Origin: an uncultured bacterium
GTDB taxonomy: Bacteria > Electryoneota > B3-LCP
Assembly (NCBI GenBank): GCA_964623265.1
Contig: CAZUTK010000007.1
Span: forward strand, 168 to 64,167
Length of the DNA: 64,000 nt
Reading direction: 5' to 3'
Position numbers and translations under genes: made by a program. The notes beneath the pieces are model-generated. The model did no database searches. It had not been told where the DNA came from and saw only the letters and a list, made by a program, of their open reading frames with translations. This document shows, piece after piece, positions 38,824 through 48,596 of this stretch. The number at the start of each line of letters is the position of its first letter. Positions within the stretch are counted from its first letter, which is position 1.

Positions 38824-39400
38824 TGGTGGTCTCCGTGGTTATGGGCATTTCCGCATTCATCGCTATAAAATCTTCACCTGCAATTTTCACCTGGAATATC
38901 TGGCCGGATATGTCGAATTTCAACAGCAGGAATCGGGGATCACCGGCATCGCCGGAGCCTATGGAAATAAGGTTATCCAAAACCGGACGAGTCATCTCGT
39001 CGTATTCGCCTCTGCCGGTGCTGGGGAATCCCAGTTCAAAATTGGACGCGCTGCCCAGCAGAGCGATCATAAAACGCCCCGCCAGAGTGTTCAGGATTTC
39101 CGCTAAAACATCGAGGAAAATATCGTGGGTGTTGCAGTCATCGCCGCTGTATAAATTCTGGGCGAGATCCCGGGCGAAGGTCTCCGTCAGTTCAATGCTC
39201 ATCTTGCCGTAATGCGGAGAAAGAAGGGGGATCGCCGCCCAGACGAGACCGATATCCGCGGCTTTATCGGCGGACTGCGAAGGTCCCGATGCCGAAACCA
39301 TCGTAGCCTCCAGCAGCTGAGGCTGTTCGAAGACCATGTTCTCCAGCGTCAAGGTGACCGCTTCAACAGCGGCTGGAATCAGTTTGCTGTGTTCATCCAT
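38801..39400 (-). CDS. CheC-like phosphatase family protein
   Basis: EILNTLAG motif and CheC-like repeat organisation. ORF-track coordinates overlap the cheY start by 23 nt. Confidence 0.55.
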   Translation of the reverse strand: MDEHSKLIPAAVEAVTLTLENMVFEQPQLLEATMVSASGPSQSADKAADIGLVWAAIPLLSPHYGKMSIELTETFARDLAQNLYSGDDCNTHDIFLDVLAEILNTLAGRFMIALLGSASNFELGFPSTGRGEYDEMTRPVLDNLISIGSGDAGDPRFLLLKFDISGQIFQVKIAGEDFIAMNAEMPITTETTSENPRSG

Positions 39401-39842
39401 GTTCTACCTCCGCGACGGCGGCATTCTCCAAATTCTGCAGCGCCTGCATAATGCTCGCCGGTGAAACCGGTTTGCTCAACACGGCAAATGCGCCCAACTT
39501 CAATAATTCTTCCTCTTTTGCAGAATTCCCCATACTGCTGATGACCAGAACCGGAATATTACTCAAGCGTGGACTCGCTTTGATGTGCTTCAATAGAGAA
39601 ATTCCATCCATATTGGGCATATTTAAATCCGTAACTAGTAATTCTACTTCCTTTGCAGAAACGCCGCTCTCCGGTTCTCCCGCTCTATCATTGCGGAATC
39701 GTTCCTTGAGTAACTGCAGCGCTTCCCGCCCGTCCCGGGCGTTCAAGAACTCTGCATCTTGATAGCCGGCGATTTCCAGACAGCGTTTGGTTACCATTCG
39801 AGCTGTGGCGGAATCATCCGCTACGATGATCACAGAGGGCAT
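39393..39842 (-). CDS. Response regulator receiver protein (CheY-like with ~20-aa insertion)
   Basis: IIVADDSATAR ... LVTDLNMPNMDG ... SKP, with an insert (RFRNDRAGEPESGVSAKE) after alpha-2. Confidence 0.75.
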   Translation of the reverse strand: MPSVIIVADDSATARMVTKRCLEIAGYQDAEFLNARDGREALQLLKERFRNDRAGEPESGVSAKEVELLVTDLNMPNMDGISLLKHIKASPRLSNIPVLVISSMGNSAKEEELLKLGAFAVLSKPVSPASIMQALQNLENAAVAEVEHG

Positions 39843-39851
39843 ACGACCTCC

Positions 39852-40742
39852 TCAAGAGCTCTGAAAAACGGCATCCCGCGTGCGGGAAAATTCCATCTGC
39901 ACGTTGAGAATAATGCGGGATAAATCGTCCTTTTCTATCTTGAAGAAAGATTCCACGGTTTCGTCGAGGCGATAAGAAAGAGAATCCGCGCCGGTGCCCT
40001 GCCCCGCCATCATCGCCAGCAGGTCGCCAGTGTGCACGGCTGCGACCAGCACCCGGTCTTTCAACGCCGCAGAAGACGGATGATGGTGATGCCGGATCAC
40101 CGCGCAGAGTTCTTGCGGCAGATTCCAATGCGCCGCCATTTCCGCTCCGATCCGGCAGTGATCCGTCCCCAGCAGTTCCCGTTCTGCGGCGAGGAAGTCT
40201 TCGCTGCGGCGGGTGTCGCACCATTGCGTCAGCGTCTCCGCATTTCCCCGCAGGAATTCTGAGATAATGGTTTTTCCGATGTCGTGGAGCAATCCGCCGG
40301 TAAACGCCAGATCCAGAGATACGGGCGCCGCAGCGTAGCGCGCGACTTCCCTGGTGGCGATGGCGCAGCAGAGCGAATGATCCCACATCTCGCCCGCGCA
40401 GCTTTCATAACCGACCAGAGGGTGTGCGAAAAGGTCCGGTGCGCAGGCGCCCAGGGCGATGCCGATGACCATCTTCTCCCCCAGGTGAATGATGGCGCGC
40501 GAAACTGTGGTGATCTGCTGCCCCCGTGAAAATGCTGCGGAATTCGCCACACGCAGGACCTTCACCGTCAGTGAGGAATCGCTCTCCACAATCTGAACGA
40601 TTTCCTGCAGGGAATGCTTTTCCCGCCCCACCATTTCCAGCAGGCGATGCACGACCAACGGCAGCGTCGGCAGGCGGTTGACTTTCTGCGCGATGGCTGC
40701 CGCCTGTGCGTCCTGCCATCCGGTTTCAGTTATAATTCCCAT
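39852..40742 (-). CDS. HDOD domain protein
   Basis: HD-related output domain pattern (LPTLP ... GLLHDIGK ... HHHHP). Confidence 0.7.
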   Translation of the reverse strand: MGIITETGWQDAQAAAIAQKVNRLPTLPLVVHRLLEMVGREKHSLQEIVQIVESDSSLTVKVLRVANSAAFSRGQQITTVSRAIIHLGEKMVIGIALGACAPDLFAHPLVGYESCAGEMWDHSLCCAIATREVARYAAAPVSLDLAFTGGLLHDIGKTIISEFLRGNAETLTQWCDTRRSEDFLAAERELLGTDHCRIGAEMAAHWNLPQELCAVIRHHHHPSSAALKDRVLVAAVHTGDLLAMMAGQGTGADSLSYRLDETVESFFKIEKDDLSRIILNVQMEFSRTRDAVFQSS

Positions 40743-41215
40743 TCCCCCCTGCCCGGCGATGAAAGAATCACCCGACCGCGGCCGACTTCCAGAGTCACCG
40801 TGCGGCTGATGTTATCGCCGACGTCTTCTGCGATCGCTCCCAGATGATTCGCCCATAGGATCTTCTTCACCGCCAGAATATTGCGTTTGCCGATATTGAA
40901 GGTGTTGTTGGGATCCATGATGCTGGCGCCGCCTGCTAATTTGATCATGAAACCCCCGCCGGTTACTCCGGATTTCCGGATCATAGTTTGAATCAGCAGG
41001 GGAATGCCGGTATCGGCGAACATCCCCGGACGCTCCTGCGCCAGCTTCTTGTTGATCGAGGAATCCGGCAGAGCGATGTGAATCAATCCGGCAGTGCGGC
41101 GATCCCGGGTGCTGGCAATCACGGCTACGCAGGAACCCAGCGCCATCGTCTTGATGACGTCATCCGGCGAATTCGAGGCGGCCATTTCACCGATGCCGAC
41201 ATAGATGGTCGCCAT
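40730..41215 (-). CDS. cheD: Chemoreceptor glutamine deamidase CheD
   Basis: ALGSCVAV active-site Cys motif. 161 aa. Confidence 0.85.
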   Translation of the reverse strand: MATIYVGIGEMAASNSPDDVIKTMALGSCVAVIASTRDRRTAGLIHIALPDSSINKKLAQERPGMFADTGIPLLIQTMIRKSGVTGGGFMIKLAGGASIMDPNNTFNIGKRNILAVKKILWANHLGAIAEDVGDNISRTVTLEVGRGRVILSSPGRGEWEL

Positions 41216-42294
41216 TACTGCATCTCCGCCAGCAAGCCCAATATCGTCGGTGCAATCGCCGGCAATGGGACCAAGCGCTCCGCTCCGCCCCTTTCGTAGG
41301 CGACCTTCGGCATGCCGAATACTACGGAAGTCGCTTCGTCCTGCGCGATCGTCCTGGCGCCTTCTTTTCGCATAGCGACCATCCCGTCCGCACCGTCATG
41401 TCCCATGCCGGTCAGCATGACTCCGACAGCATTCGCGCCAACGTGTCGCGCGACGGACTGCATTAATACTTCGACCGAAGGTCGGTGACCGCAGACTTTG
41501 TCGCCGGTCTTGCATTCCACGCGGTAGGTGCCGCCGGAACGCTGCACCGTCAGGTGATAATCACCGGGGGCGATCAGCACTCTGCCCTGCATCACGCGAT
41601 CACCGGTCTCGGCTTCCTTAACCGACATGGCGCACAACTCGTCCAGGCGTTCGGCGAACATCTTCGTGAAGCCTGCAGGCATATGCTGGACGATGACAAC
41701 GCCCGGCGTCGAAGCGGGCAATTGCTGCAGTACTTGACGGATCGCTTCCGTGCCGCCAGTGGAAGCACCGATGGCGATGACTTTATCCGTTGATTCCGCC
41801 AGTGACTGCGGAGTGTATGCCAACTTCGGAGCGGATTGCCGGCTGATTTTTTTCCAGGCGCTGACATTGACGGACGCCGCGGCTTTCACTTTGGCGCGCA
41901 ATTCGTCCAACATGCCGTTCAGGCCCCGAGCCACGTCGCTGCCAGGTTTCGTCACAAAATCCACGGCGCCGGCTTCCAGAGCTTCCAGCGTGATCCTCTT
42001 GCCCCGTTGCGTCAGAGCGCTCACCATGATGACGGGAAGCGGGTGCTGGGGCATCAGCCTGCGCAGGAACTCCACCCCATCCATCTTCGGCATCTCCACG
42101 TCCAGCGTGAGGACGTCGGGGCGGAGTTCAACGATTTTGTCGCGAGCCGCATAAGGATCGGCGGCTTGCCCCACGACTTCGATCTCCGGGTCCATCGCCA
42201 AACCGCGTCGCAGAATCTCCCGCACCATCGCGGAATCATCCACTATAAGAACTTTAATCCGCTTCTTGCGGAGCGGCGGCGTTATTGGATTCAA
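41215..42294 (-). CDS. cheB: Chemotaxis methylesterase CheB (receiver + methylesterase)
   Basis: N-terminal receiver VLIVDDS ... DVLTLDVEMPKMDG. C-terminal methylesterase with IAIGASTGG and GMGHDGA. Confidence 0.9.
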   Translation of the reverse strand: MNPITPPLRKKRIKVLIVDDSAMVREILRRGLAMDPEIEVVGQAADPYAARDKIVELRPDVLTLDVEMPKMDGVEFLRRLMPQHPLPVIMVSALTQRGKRITLEALEAGAVDFVTKPGSDVARGLNGMLDELRAKVKAAASVNVSAWKKISRQSAPKLAYTPQSLAESTDKVIAIGASTGGTEAIRQVLQQLPASTPGVVIVQHMPAGFTKMFAERLDELCAMSVKEAETGDRVMQGRVLIAPGDYHLTVQRSGGTYRVECKTGDKVCGHRPSVEVLMQSVARHVGANAVGVMLTGMGHDGADGMVAMRKEGARTIAQDEATSVVFGMPKVAYERGGAERLVPLPAIAPTILGLLAEMQ

Positions 42295-42295
42295 A

Positions 42296-43228
42296 TCAGC
42301 CTACCTTCTGATAAACCGCCGGTTTGACATATCGGAAATAGTGATTGCTGCGCCCTAAGGTTTCCGAATGACCGATGAAAAGATATCCGTCGGGCTCTAA
42401 ATAGCGGTGAAAGCGCTGCGTCAATGCCATGCGCGTGGGATGGTCGAAGTAGATCATCACATTGCGGCAGAAGATGATGTGAAATTTGCCCTTGAAGGGA
42501 TACGTTTCGCGCATCAGATTCAAGCGGCGGAACGTTACCAACTCCCGCAATTTCGGATGAACGAGCATCGAACCGTCAGCTCTCTGCGAGAAGTATTTTT
42601 TGACGAGATTCGCCGGTAAATGGTGCACGCTTTCGGATGAGTACATCCCCGCCTGAGCGATCTGTAATACCCTGGATGAGATATCCGTTGCCAGAATCCC
42701 CACATCTGGCGAAGAAATTCCACCGAATCTGGTGCGGTGTTGGTTCTGCACTCCGTCATCTTGATTGGAAGAGAGGAATTCGAGCAGTAGCATACCCAAT
42801 GTGTAAGGCTCTTCACCGGTGGAGCAGCCCGGACACCAAATTCTCAGAACCGCAGATTTTGACTTGCGGTTGGAGAACAGTTGGGGCAACACCGTTTCGA
42901 AATAGAACTTGAAATGATCGTTCTCACGGTAAAAGAAGGTGTGATTGGTGGATATGCGGTCAATCAGACGCGTCAGCGCTGCTCCGCTGGATTCCGTGAC
43001 GACATATCGGTAATAGTCGGTGAAATTCGTGAATCCGTTTTCACGCAGCACTTTTTGAAGGCGTCCGGTGATCAGAGCCCGCTTCTGCTGCCCCAGGTTA
43101 ATCCCGAAGTTTTCGTAAACCAGATCGCGGATCAACCGATATTCCCTGTCGGTCAGCGGCGACGGTTCCGCCGGGATGACGTTATTTTGTTGTTTTTCTT
43201 GATCCTCGCAGGTCAGTGCATTTTTCAT
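42296..43228 (-). CDS. cheR: Chemotaxis protein methyltransferase CheR
   Basis: CheR N-terminal helical domain and SAM-binding domain (RIWCPGCSTGEEPYT). Confidence 0.9.
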   Translation of the reverse strand: MKNALTCEDQEKQQNNVIPAEPSPLTDREYRLIRDLVYENFGINLGQQKRALITGRLQKVLRENGFTNFTDYYRYVVTESSGAALTRLIDRISTNHTFFYRENDHFKFYFETVLPQLFSNRKSKSAVLRIWCPGCSTGEEPYTLGMLLLEFLSSNQDDGVQNQHRTRFGGISSPDVGILATDISSRVLQIAQAGMYSSESVHHLPANLVKKYFSQRADGSMLVHPKLRELVTFRRLNLMRETYPFKGKFHIIFCRNVMIYFDHPTRMALTQRFHRYLEPDGYLFIGHSETLGRSNHYFRYVKPAVYQKVG

Positions 43229-43330
43229 CTTTGGTTCCGAACTCTACCACCCATTCGAGTCTGATATTTCACACAGGATAGACGACTCGCTTGGAAGAAT
43301 GATTCCGCCGGAAGACGGCGCGGTGAATCT

Positions 43331-43858
43331 TCACGCCGCGGCGGCTTCGCTGATCTGCTCGAGCTCCTCGTCGAAGAGGAGATTCTGTATATCCAGGAGG
43401 ATTTTCACCTCGTCGTCGAGATGCCCTAAGCCCGCGACGAAACGGCTGCTTTTCCCTTTTCGCACTTGCGGCGGCGGTTCGATTTTCCCAGCAGGAATGT
43501 CCACGACTTCGGATACGGAATCCACGATCAGCCCGACCGACGCTTCCCGGATATTGACGACGATGATGCAGGTTCGCTCATCGTAGGGTCTCTCTTCCAA
43601 TCCGAAGCGCAAGCGGACGTCAATGACGGGAATCACCTTGCCGCGCAGATTAATGACGCCTTTGACGAAATCCGGCATATCCGGCAGATCCGTCACGTTT
43701 TGAATCCCGATGATTTCGGTCACGTTGCGGATTTCTATGCCGTACTCTTCTTTACCCAGTGCGAAGGTTAAATACTTCCCTTCCTGGATGTCCTGCGATT
43801 CTTGGTTCTCCAGAATCTCTTCGCTTAGTCTGTCATGGTCTGCCATCTTCCGCTCCAT
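43331..43858 (-). CDS. cheW: Chemotaxis coupling protein CheW
   Basis: CheW-like domain (YLTFALGKEEYGIEI ... VINLRGKVIPVIDVR). Start taken at ATG 43858 (MERK.., 7 nt after the cheA stop); the ORF-track extension would overlap cheA. Confidence 0.85.
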   Translation of the reverse strand: MERKMADHDRLSEEILENQESQDIQEGKYLTFALGKEEYGIEIRNVTEIIGIQNVTDLPDMPDFVKGVINLRGKVIPVIDVRLRFGLEERPYDERTCIIVVNIREASVGLIVDSVSEVVDIPAGKIEPPPQVRKGKSSRFVAGLGHLDDEVKILLDIQNLLFDEELEQISEAAAA

Positions 43859-43865
43859 AGTTGTT

Positions 43866-46283
43866 TTATGCCACCGCTGAGGCGCTCTGTCTGGATTTGT
43901 GTTTTGAATATTCTGAGCCCGACTGTTCTTCTCGACAGCGCGCGAGATTGAAAATCCCGGCGATGTCAATGATCAGGCAGATTTCCCCATCACCCAAGAT
44001 CGTGCAGCCGGAAATTCCCGCCAATTCGCCGATGTAGCGCGACAACCCCTTGATCACAATCTGCTGCTGGCCGATCAACTCATCCACGAATAGACAGATG
44101 GACTTCCCCTCGTTTTCCACCACCAGAACCAAACCGTCGGTCAATTCAAGATGATCGGTTTTGTGCTCGAAGATTTCGTGCAGCCGGATCACGGGTATCA
44201 GCGTCCCTCGGATGTTGACCAACTCCTGGCCGTCCACCAGACGAGTAACGTCCTTCGCCTGCGGTCGGAGCGTCTCTTTGATCGAGCCGATGGGGACGAT
44301 GTAACGCGCTTGCCCCACCCGCACCAGCATCCCGTCTATGATCGCCAGCGTCAAGGGGATGCGCAGGACGATGGAAGTCCCTTGTTCCGGGATGCTGCGA
44401 ATATCCACTTTCCCGCGGATGTTCTCGATATTCCGCTTCACCACATCCATCCCGACGCCGCGGCCGGACACATCCGTCACTTTCTCCGCCGTCGAAAAGC
44501 CGGGTTGGAATATGAGTTGATGGACTTCTTCATCCTTCAGATCGGAACCGTCGCCGTGGATCAGCCCTTTTTCCTGCGCCTTCCGGAGAATATGTTCCCG
44601 ATGCAACCCGCGCCCGTCATCTTTGAGAATGATCCAGACTTCGCTGCCGACGTATTTCGCTTCCAGAACGATTTTGCCGACTTCCGGTTTGCCCTGCCGG
44701 ACTCGTTCTTCCGGCGGTTCGATGCCGTGGTCAATCGCGTTCCGAATCAGATGCACCAGAGGATCGTTGATCTGTTCGATGACGGTCTTGTCCACTTCCG
44801 TCTCTTCGCCGATGATCTCTAATTCGACTTTTTTGCCCGCCTTCTGCGCCAGGTCGCGCACCAGACGGATCGTCCGCCGGAAGGTGCCGGAAAGAGGAAT
44901 CATGCGGATGGAGGTCGCGATTCCTTGGATTTCGCGGCTGATTTTCTCCAGCTGGCGCACGGATTTCTCGAAGCGATCCAGGGATGTGCTGATCCCTTTC
45001 AGATCGGGGTTCTGAGCCACCATCGCTTCCGCGATCACCAGCTCGCCAACAAGATCCAGCAGGACATCCAGTTTCTCAATGTCCACGCGGACCGATTGTC
45101 GCTGAGCGCTTCCCGCCGAATCGCTCTGGCGGCGATCTTCCCCCGAACGGCGTTCCGCGCCGGAGCGCCGCTCCGCATTGACAGCGACGGCATTCGCCGT
45201 TTCTGCGGAATCCTGCTTCGCACTTTCTTTTACTTGAACCTTCGCGTTGGAATCCTGTACATCGTCATTCTGTTGTACAGGGGCTTCCGCAGGCGCATGA
45301 TCGGCGGCGGCTTCTTGCAATAAGCTGATCCAGCCTAAGACTCCCGGTATGGCTGGGCTCCTGCCCTGCTCGGATTCGTTCAATGCGCCGCGCAAGACAT
45401 CAATGATTTCCAGCAATAGGGTTAGGACTTCTTTATCTGCAGCGGAAGAGCGATTCTTGATTCTCTCCAGGGTGCTTTCCGCATGATGGCTGAGAGTCTC
45501 CAGATCCGCAAAGCCGAAGAGCCCTGAATTACCTTTCAGGCTGTGCAATGCCCGGAAAGCTTGCGCGGCATATTCCGGATTCTGGGGATCTTTTTCCAGA
45601 TTCAATAGCGCCGTTTCCGCTTGATCCAGATGCTCGTTGGATTCCGCGATAAACTGCTGAATCAATTCCTGAGTAATGTTGAATTGCAGCGATTCGGAAG
45701 ATGCGTTTTCCGCTTCAGTTTGCTTGGGAAGGGGCATATCCGATGTCGTTGTCCGGGCAGCATCGGCTGCGTTTTCTTTTTGGGCGCCTCGGGACTCCGC
45801 CGAATTTTTCCCTTTCTTCTGAACTGCGAGAGGGCTTTCCTGCGGATCGGGGTCTTGAATCGTTTTGATCGCCGCTCGGAGTTCCCCAATCAGCTCTTCC
45901 GACTCCATTTCCATTCCCGAATCCGTGAGCTTTTCTTTCACGCGATCCAGAAGCCTGCGAATGAAATCACAGGTCTTGATCAGCAAATCAACGTGTTCGC
46001 TGCGTAGCGAGCAGGCGCCCTTTCTGAAGAGATCGAGCAGGGTTTCCGCTTCGTGAGTGACTCGGTTGATGCTGCGCAGGCTTAGATAACCGGCGCTGCC
46101 TTTCAGCGAATGAAAGAGGCGGAAGATGCTGTTGATGAGTTCAGGACTGACGCCGCCTTCTTGATCCGATCGCTTCTCGAGCTCGATCAAGCGGGGCTCG
46201 ACTTCCTCCAGCATTTCAAAGCCTTCTTCGATGAAGCCGGCGAGGAGTTCTTCCTGCTCGCGGTCAAGATTCACATCGGTCAT
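43866..46283 (-). CDS. cheA: Chemotaxis histidine kinase CheA with two Hpt (P1) domains
   Basis: Two Hpt motifs (FRLFHSLKGSAGYLSL and FRALHSLKGNSGLFGF). Dimerisation, HATPase_c (G1/G2 boxes) and C-terminal CheW-like P5. ATG at 46283 with GGGGA SD; the ORF-track start at 46310 is a TTG. Confidence 0.9.
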   Translation of the reverse strand: MTDVNLDREQEELLAGFIEEGFEMLEEVEPRLIELEKRSDQEGGVSPELINSIFRLFHSLKGSAGYLSLRSINRVTHEAETLLDLFRKGACSLRSEHVDLLIKTCDFIRRLLDRVKEKLTDSGMEMESEELIGELRAAIKTIQDPDPQESPLAVQKKGKNSAESRGAQKENAADAARTTTSDMPLPKQTEAENASSESLQFNITQELIQQFIAESNEHLDQAETALLNLEKDPQNPEYAAQAFRALHSLKGNSGLFGFADLETLSHHAESTLERIKNRSSAADKEVLTLLLEIIDVLRGALNESEQGRSPAIPGVLGWISLLQEAAADHAPAEAPVQQNDDVQDSNAKVQVKESAKQDSAETANAVAVNAERRSGAERRSGEDRRQSDSAGSAQRQSVRVDIEKLDVLLDLVGELVIAEAMVAQNPDLKGISTSLDRFEKSVRQLEKISREIQGIATSIRMIPLSGTFRRTIRLVRDLAQKAGKKVELEIIGEETEVDKTVIEQINDPLVHLIRNAIDHGIEPPEERVRQGKPEVGKIVLEAKYVGSEVWIILKDDGRGLHREHILRKAQEKGLIHGDGSDLKDEEVHQLIFQPGFSTAEKVTDVSGRGVGMDVVKRNIENIRGKVDIRSIPEQGTSIVLRIPLTLAIIDGMLVRVGQARYIVPIGSIKETLRPQAKDVTRLVDGQELVNIRGTLIPVIRLHEIFEHKTDHLELTDGLVLVVENEGKSICLFVDELIGQQQIVIKGLSRYIGELAGISGCTILGDGEICLIIDIAGIFNLARCREEQSGSEYSKHKSRQSASAVA

Positions 46284-46553
46284 GCTTTCCCCATGGATAT
46301 CGGTTATCAATCATTCTGTTGCTTAGCGAACAGTCTTGCGGATCGCAGAATTTTCCAGCCGATACAAAGGGTATAAAATAGATGATTTCGATGGGTATTC
46401 AAGGAAAAACAGCAATTTCTAAGGGGAATTTCGGATTCGGCGGCGAAGCGGTTAAAATTCACCGGTGACCCGCGTCGCTTCAGAATTAGAATCCATAAGC
46501 ATTTGCGCATGTCCAACACTCCTGCCATTAGAAAAGGATTGACATCATGGGAC

Positions 46554-46583
46554 TTGACTCGTTCCTATCGAAATTTGTATATT
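46554..46583 (+). promoter_or_regulatory. Sigma70-like promoter candidate for selB
   Basis: TTGACT-18 nt-TATATT ~30 nt upstream of the selB ATG. A second TTGACA sits 15 nt further upstream. Confidence 0.35.
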
Positions 46584-46615
46584 GATAGAGTTAAAGTCAT
46601 CTATTCTGTCCCATT

Positions 46616-48532
46616 ATGCAACACACCGTCATCGGCACAGCCGGCCACGTGGATCACGGCAAGTCCTCTCTGATCAAGGCGCTCACGGGAACCGATCCCG
46701 ACCGCTTGCAGGAGGAAAAAGAGCGGGAGATGACGATTGATCTTGGGTTCGCGTTCCTCGGGGATCATATCACGTTCATAGACGTTCCCGGCCATGAGAA
46801 GTTCATCAAGAATATGCTTTCCGGCGTGGCGACGGTGGACGCCGTCCTGTTTGTCATCGCCGCGGATGACGGCTTTATGCCTCAGACCGAAGAGCATTTT
46901 GAGATTCTGAAGTTGTTGGAAGTCGAACGCGGCATGGTGGTTCTGACGAAAATTGATATGGTAGATCCCGATTGGCTGGACTTGATGGAAGAGGACATCC
47001 GGGAGCGTCTGGAGGGGTCTTTTCTGGAAAAAGCGCCGATTTACCGCGTGGACAGCTTAAGTTACAAAGGCATTGAAGACCTGAAGAAAGCCATCTTCGA
47101 ACTGGCGGCGAGCCTCCCGCCTCGACCGGAAAAGGGAGTTTTCCGAATGTACGTGGATCGGGTTTTCACGATCCGCGGGGCGGGCACGGTGGTGGCGGGG
47201 ACGGTTTTGGGCGGGCGCGTGAAAACGGGCGAACGCATCGAGCTGCTGCCCAGAGGGATTGAAGTCCGCGTGAAGCGCATCCAGGTGCATAACGTGGAAG
47301 TGCCGGAAGCCCGCACAGGCGAACGGGCGGCGATCAATCTGCAGGGGGTGGAAACTTCGCAGATTGCGCGCGGCGATTTGCTCGCACAAATCGGCTATTT
47401 CAAGCCGACCTATATGATCAATGCGTCCTATCTTCACCTCCGCTCCGCCGCGCGTCCACTTGAAAACCGCACGCGAGTGCGCCTGCATCTCGGCACGGCG
47501 GAATACCTAGCCCGCGCCGTGACTCTGGAAAAAAAGCCGCTGCTTCCCGGCGAGAGCGGCTTCCTGCAGTTGCGCATCGAAGCGCCTGTCGTCTGCGAAA
47601 TCGGGGATCGTTTCGTGATTCGGGATTATTCTCCGAGCCGCACCATCGGCGGAGGCAGAGTCCTGGAAGTGCACCCCAAGAAACTGAAATATCTGCCGTA
47701 CGAAGAGATTGAAGTCCTGGAAGTCCTCGATGCGGGCAGCCCTGCGGATCTGGTGGAACAGCACATCCGCCGCGGCGGCTTCAAGCCGTTCAATATCGAG
47801 ACGCTGGCTAAAGAGCTCTCGCGACCGGTGAATGAAGTCGGCGCTCTGGTCGGAGAACTTTCCGCCGCGGAAAAATTGGTGCGACTGGTGAATCCTACGA
47901 CGAACTGGTTCCTGCACCAATCGGTTTACCAGGATGCGCGGGGTCGGCTTTTAAAAATGCTGGATGAATTTCACCGAAACGCACCTTATCGGCTGGGGAT
48001 GCGGCGTTCCGAGTTGGCGGGGAAACTCTTCGGCAGTGTGGATCGTTCCCTCTACGATGCTTTCCTCGACCAGCTGATTGAGGACGAAGAATTGGATGCT
48101 TCCGGCGAAATCGTTTACCGCCGGGGACACCAAATCCGCTTCGATTCCCGCCAGGAAGCTCTGGCTCAAAAAATTCTCAAGATTTATTGGGATACGGCGT
48201 ATGTAACGCCGGAATTCGAAGAACTCGTTGACCAGTTAGGCGAATCGGCGGAAGAGGTGCGCAAAATCATCAACGGTCTGGTGGACAGTGGGGAATTGAA
48301 AGAATTAGGTATCGGCATCGGGCGCGCTTTAATCTTTCACACCGAAAGAATCGTTCAAGCCCGTGAAATCATTCTGCGGCTCTTCAGCCAGAAGAACGAG
48401 GTCGCCTTTTTCGAGGTGCGGGAAGCTCTCCAGTCCACCCGAAAATTTACGACTCCGATTCTGAATTATTTCGACCAGATAGGATTGACGGTGCGCGTGG
48501 GGGATGGGCGTATGTTGAAAGAGCGCGCCTGA
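46616..48532 (+). CDS. selB: Selenocysteine-specific translation elongation factor SelB
   Basis: N-terminal GTPase ([25 protein letters not shown]) with EF-Tu-like domains II/III. ~250-aa C-terminal winged-helix extension characteristic of SelB. Confidence 0.85.
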   Translation: MQHTVIGTAGHVDHGKSSLIKALTGTDPDRLQEEKEREMTIDLGFAFLGDHITFIDVPGHEKFIKNMLSGVATVDAVLFVIAADDGFMPQTEEHFEILKLLEVERGMVVLTKIDMVDPDWLDLMEEDIRERLEGSFLEKAPIYRVDSLSYKGIEDLKKAIFELAASLPPRPEKGVFRMYVDRVFTIRGAGTVVAGTVLGGRVKTGERIELLPRGIEVRVKRIQVHNVEVPEARTGERAAINLQGVETSQIARGDLLAQIGYFKPTYMINASYLHLRSAARPLENRTRVRLHLGTAEYLARAVTLEKKPLLPGESGFLQLRIEAPVVCEIGDRFVIRDYSPSRTIGGGRVLEVHPKKLKYLPYEEIEVLEVLDAGSPADLVEQHIRRGGFKPFNIETLAKELSRPVNEVGALVGELSAAEKLVRLVNPTTNWFLHQSVYQDARGRLLKMLDEFHRNAPYRLGMRRSELAGKLFGSVDRSLYDAFLDQLIEDEELDASGEIVYRRGHQIRFDSRQEALAQKILKIYWDTAYVTPEFEELVDQLGESAEEVRKIINGLVDSGELKELGIGIGRALIFHTERIVQAREIILRLFSQKNEVAFFEVREALQSTRKFTTPILNYFDQIGLTVRVGDGRMLKERA

Positions 48533-48596
48533 AAGGGCTCGCGGATCAGGAACCGAAATCATATCATAGGAAATATCGCAAACTGGGGATCCACCC

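Noticed and set aside
44151-45323. Plus-strand ORFs of 130-223 aa within cheA
   Set aside because: Antisense to cheA, whose two Hpt, HATPase and CheW-like domains are all intact.
46311-46440. GCCGATAC motif (sigma-28 -10-like) in the cheA-selB intergenic region
   Set aside because: It is on the plus strand, pointing away from the che operon, and it lacks an upstream TAAA -35 element. A sigma70-like TTGAAT-N16-TATTTT on the minus strand is an equally weak alternative. Not called.
47057-47920. Minus-strand ORFs (143, 137 aa) within selB
   Set aside because: Antisense shadow ORFs. selB is full length with the GTPase motifs.
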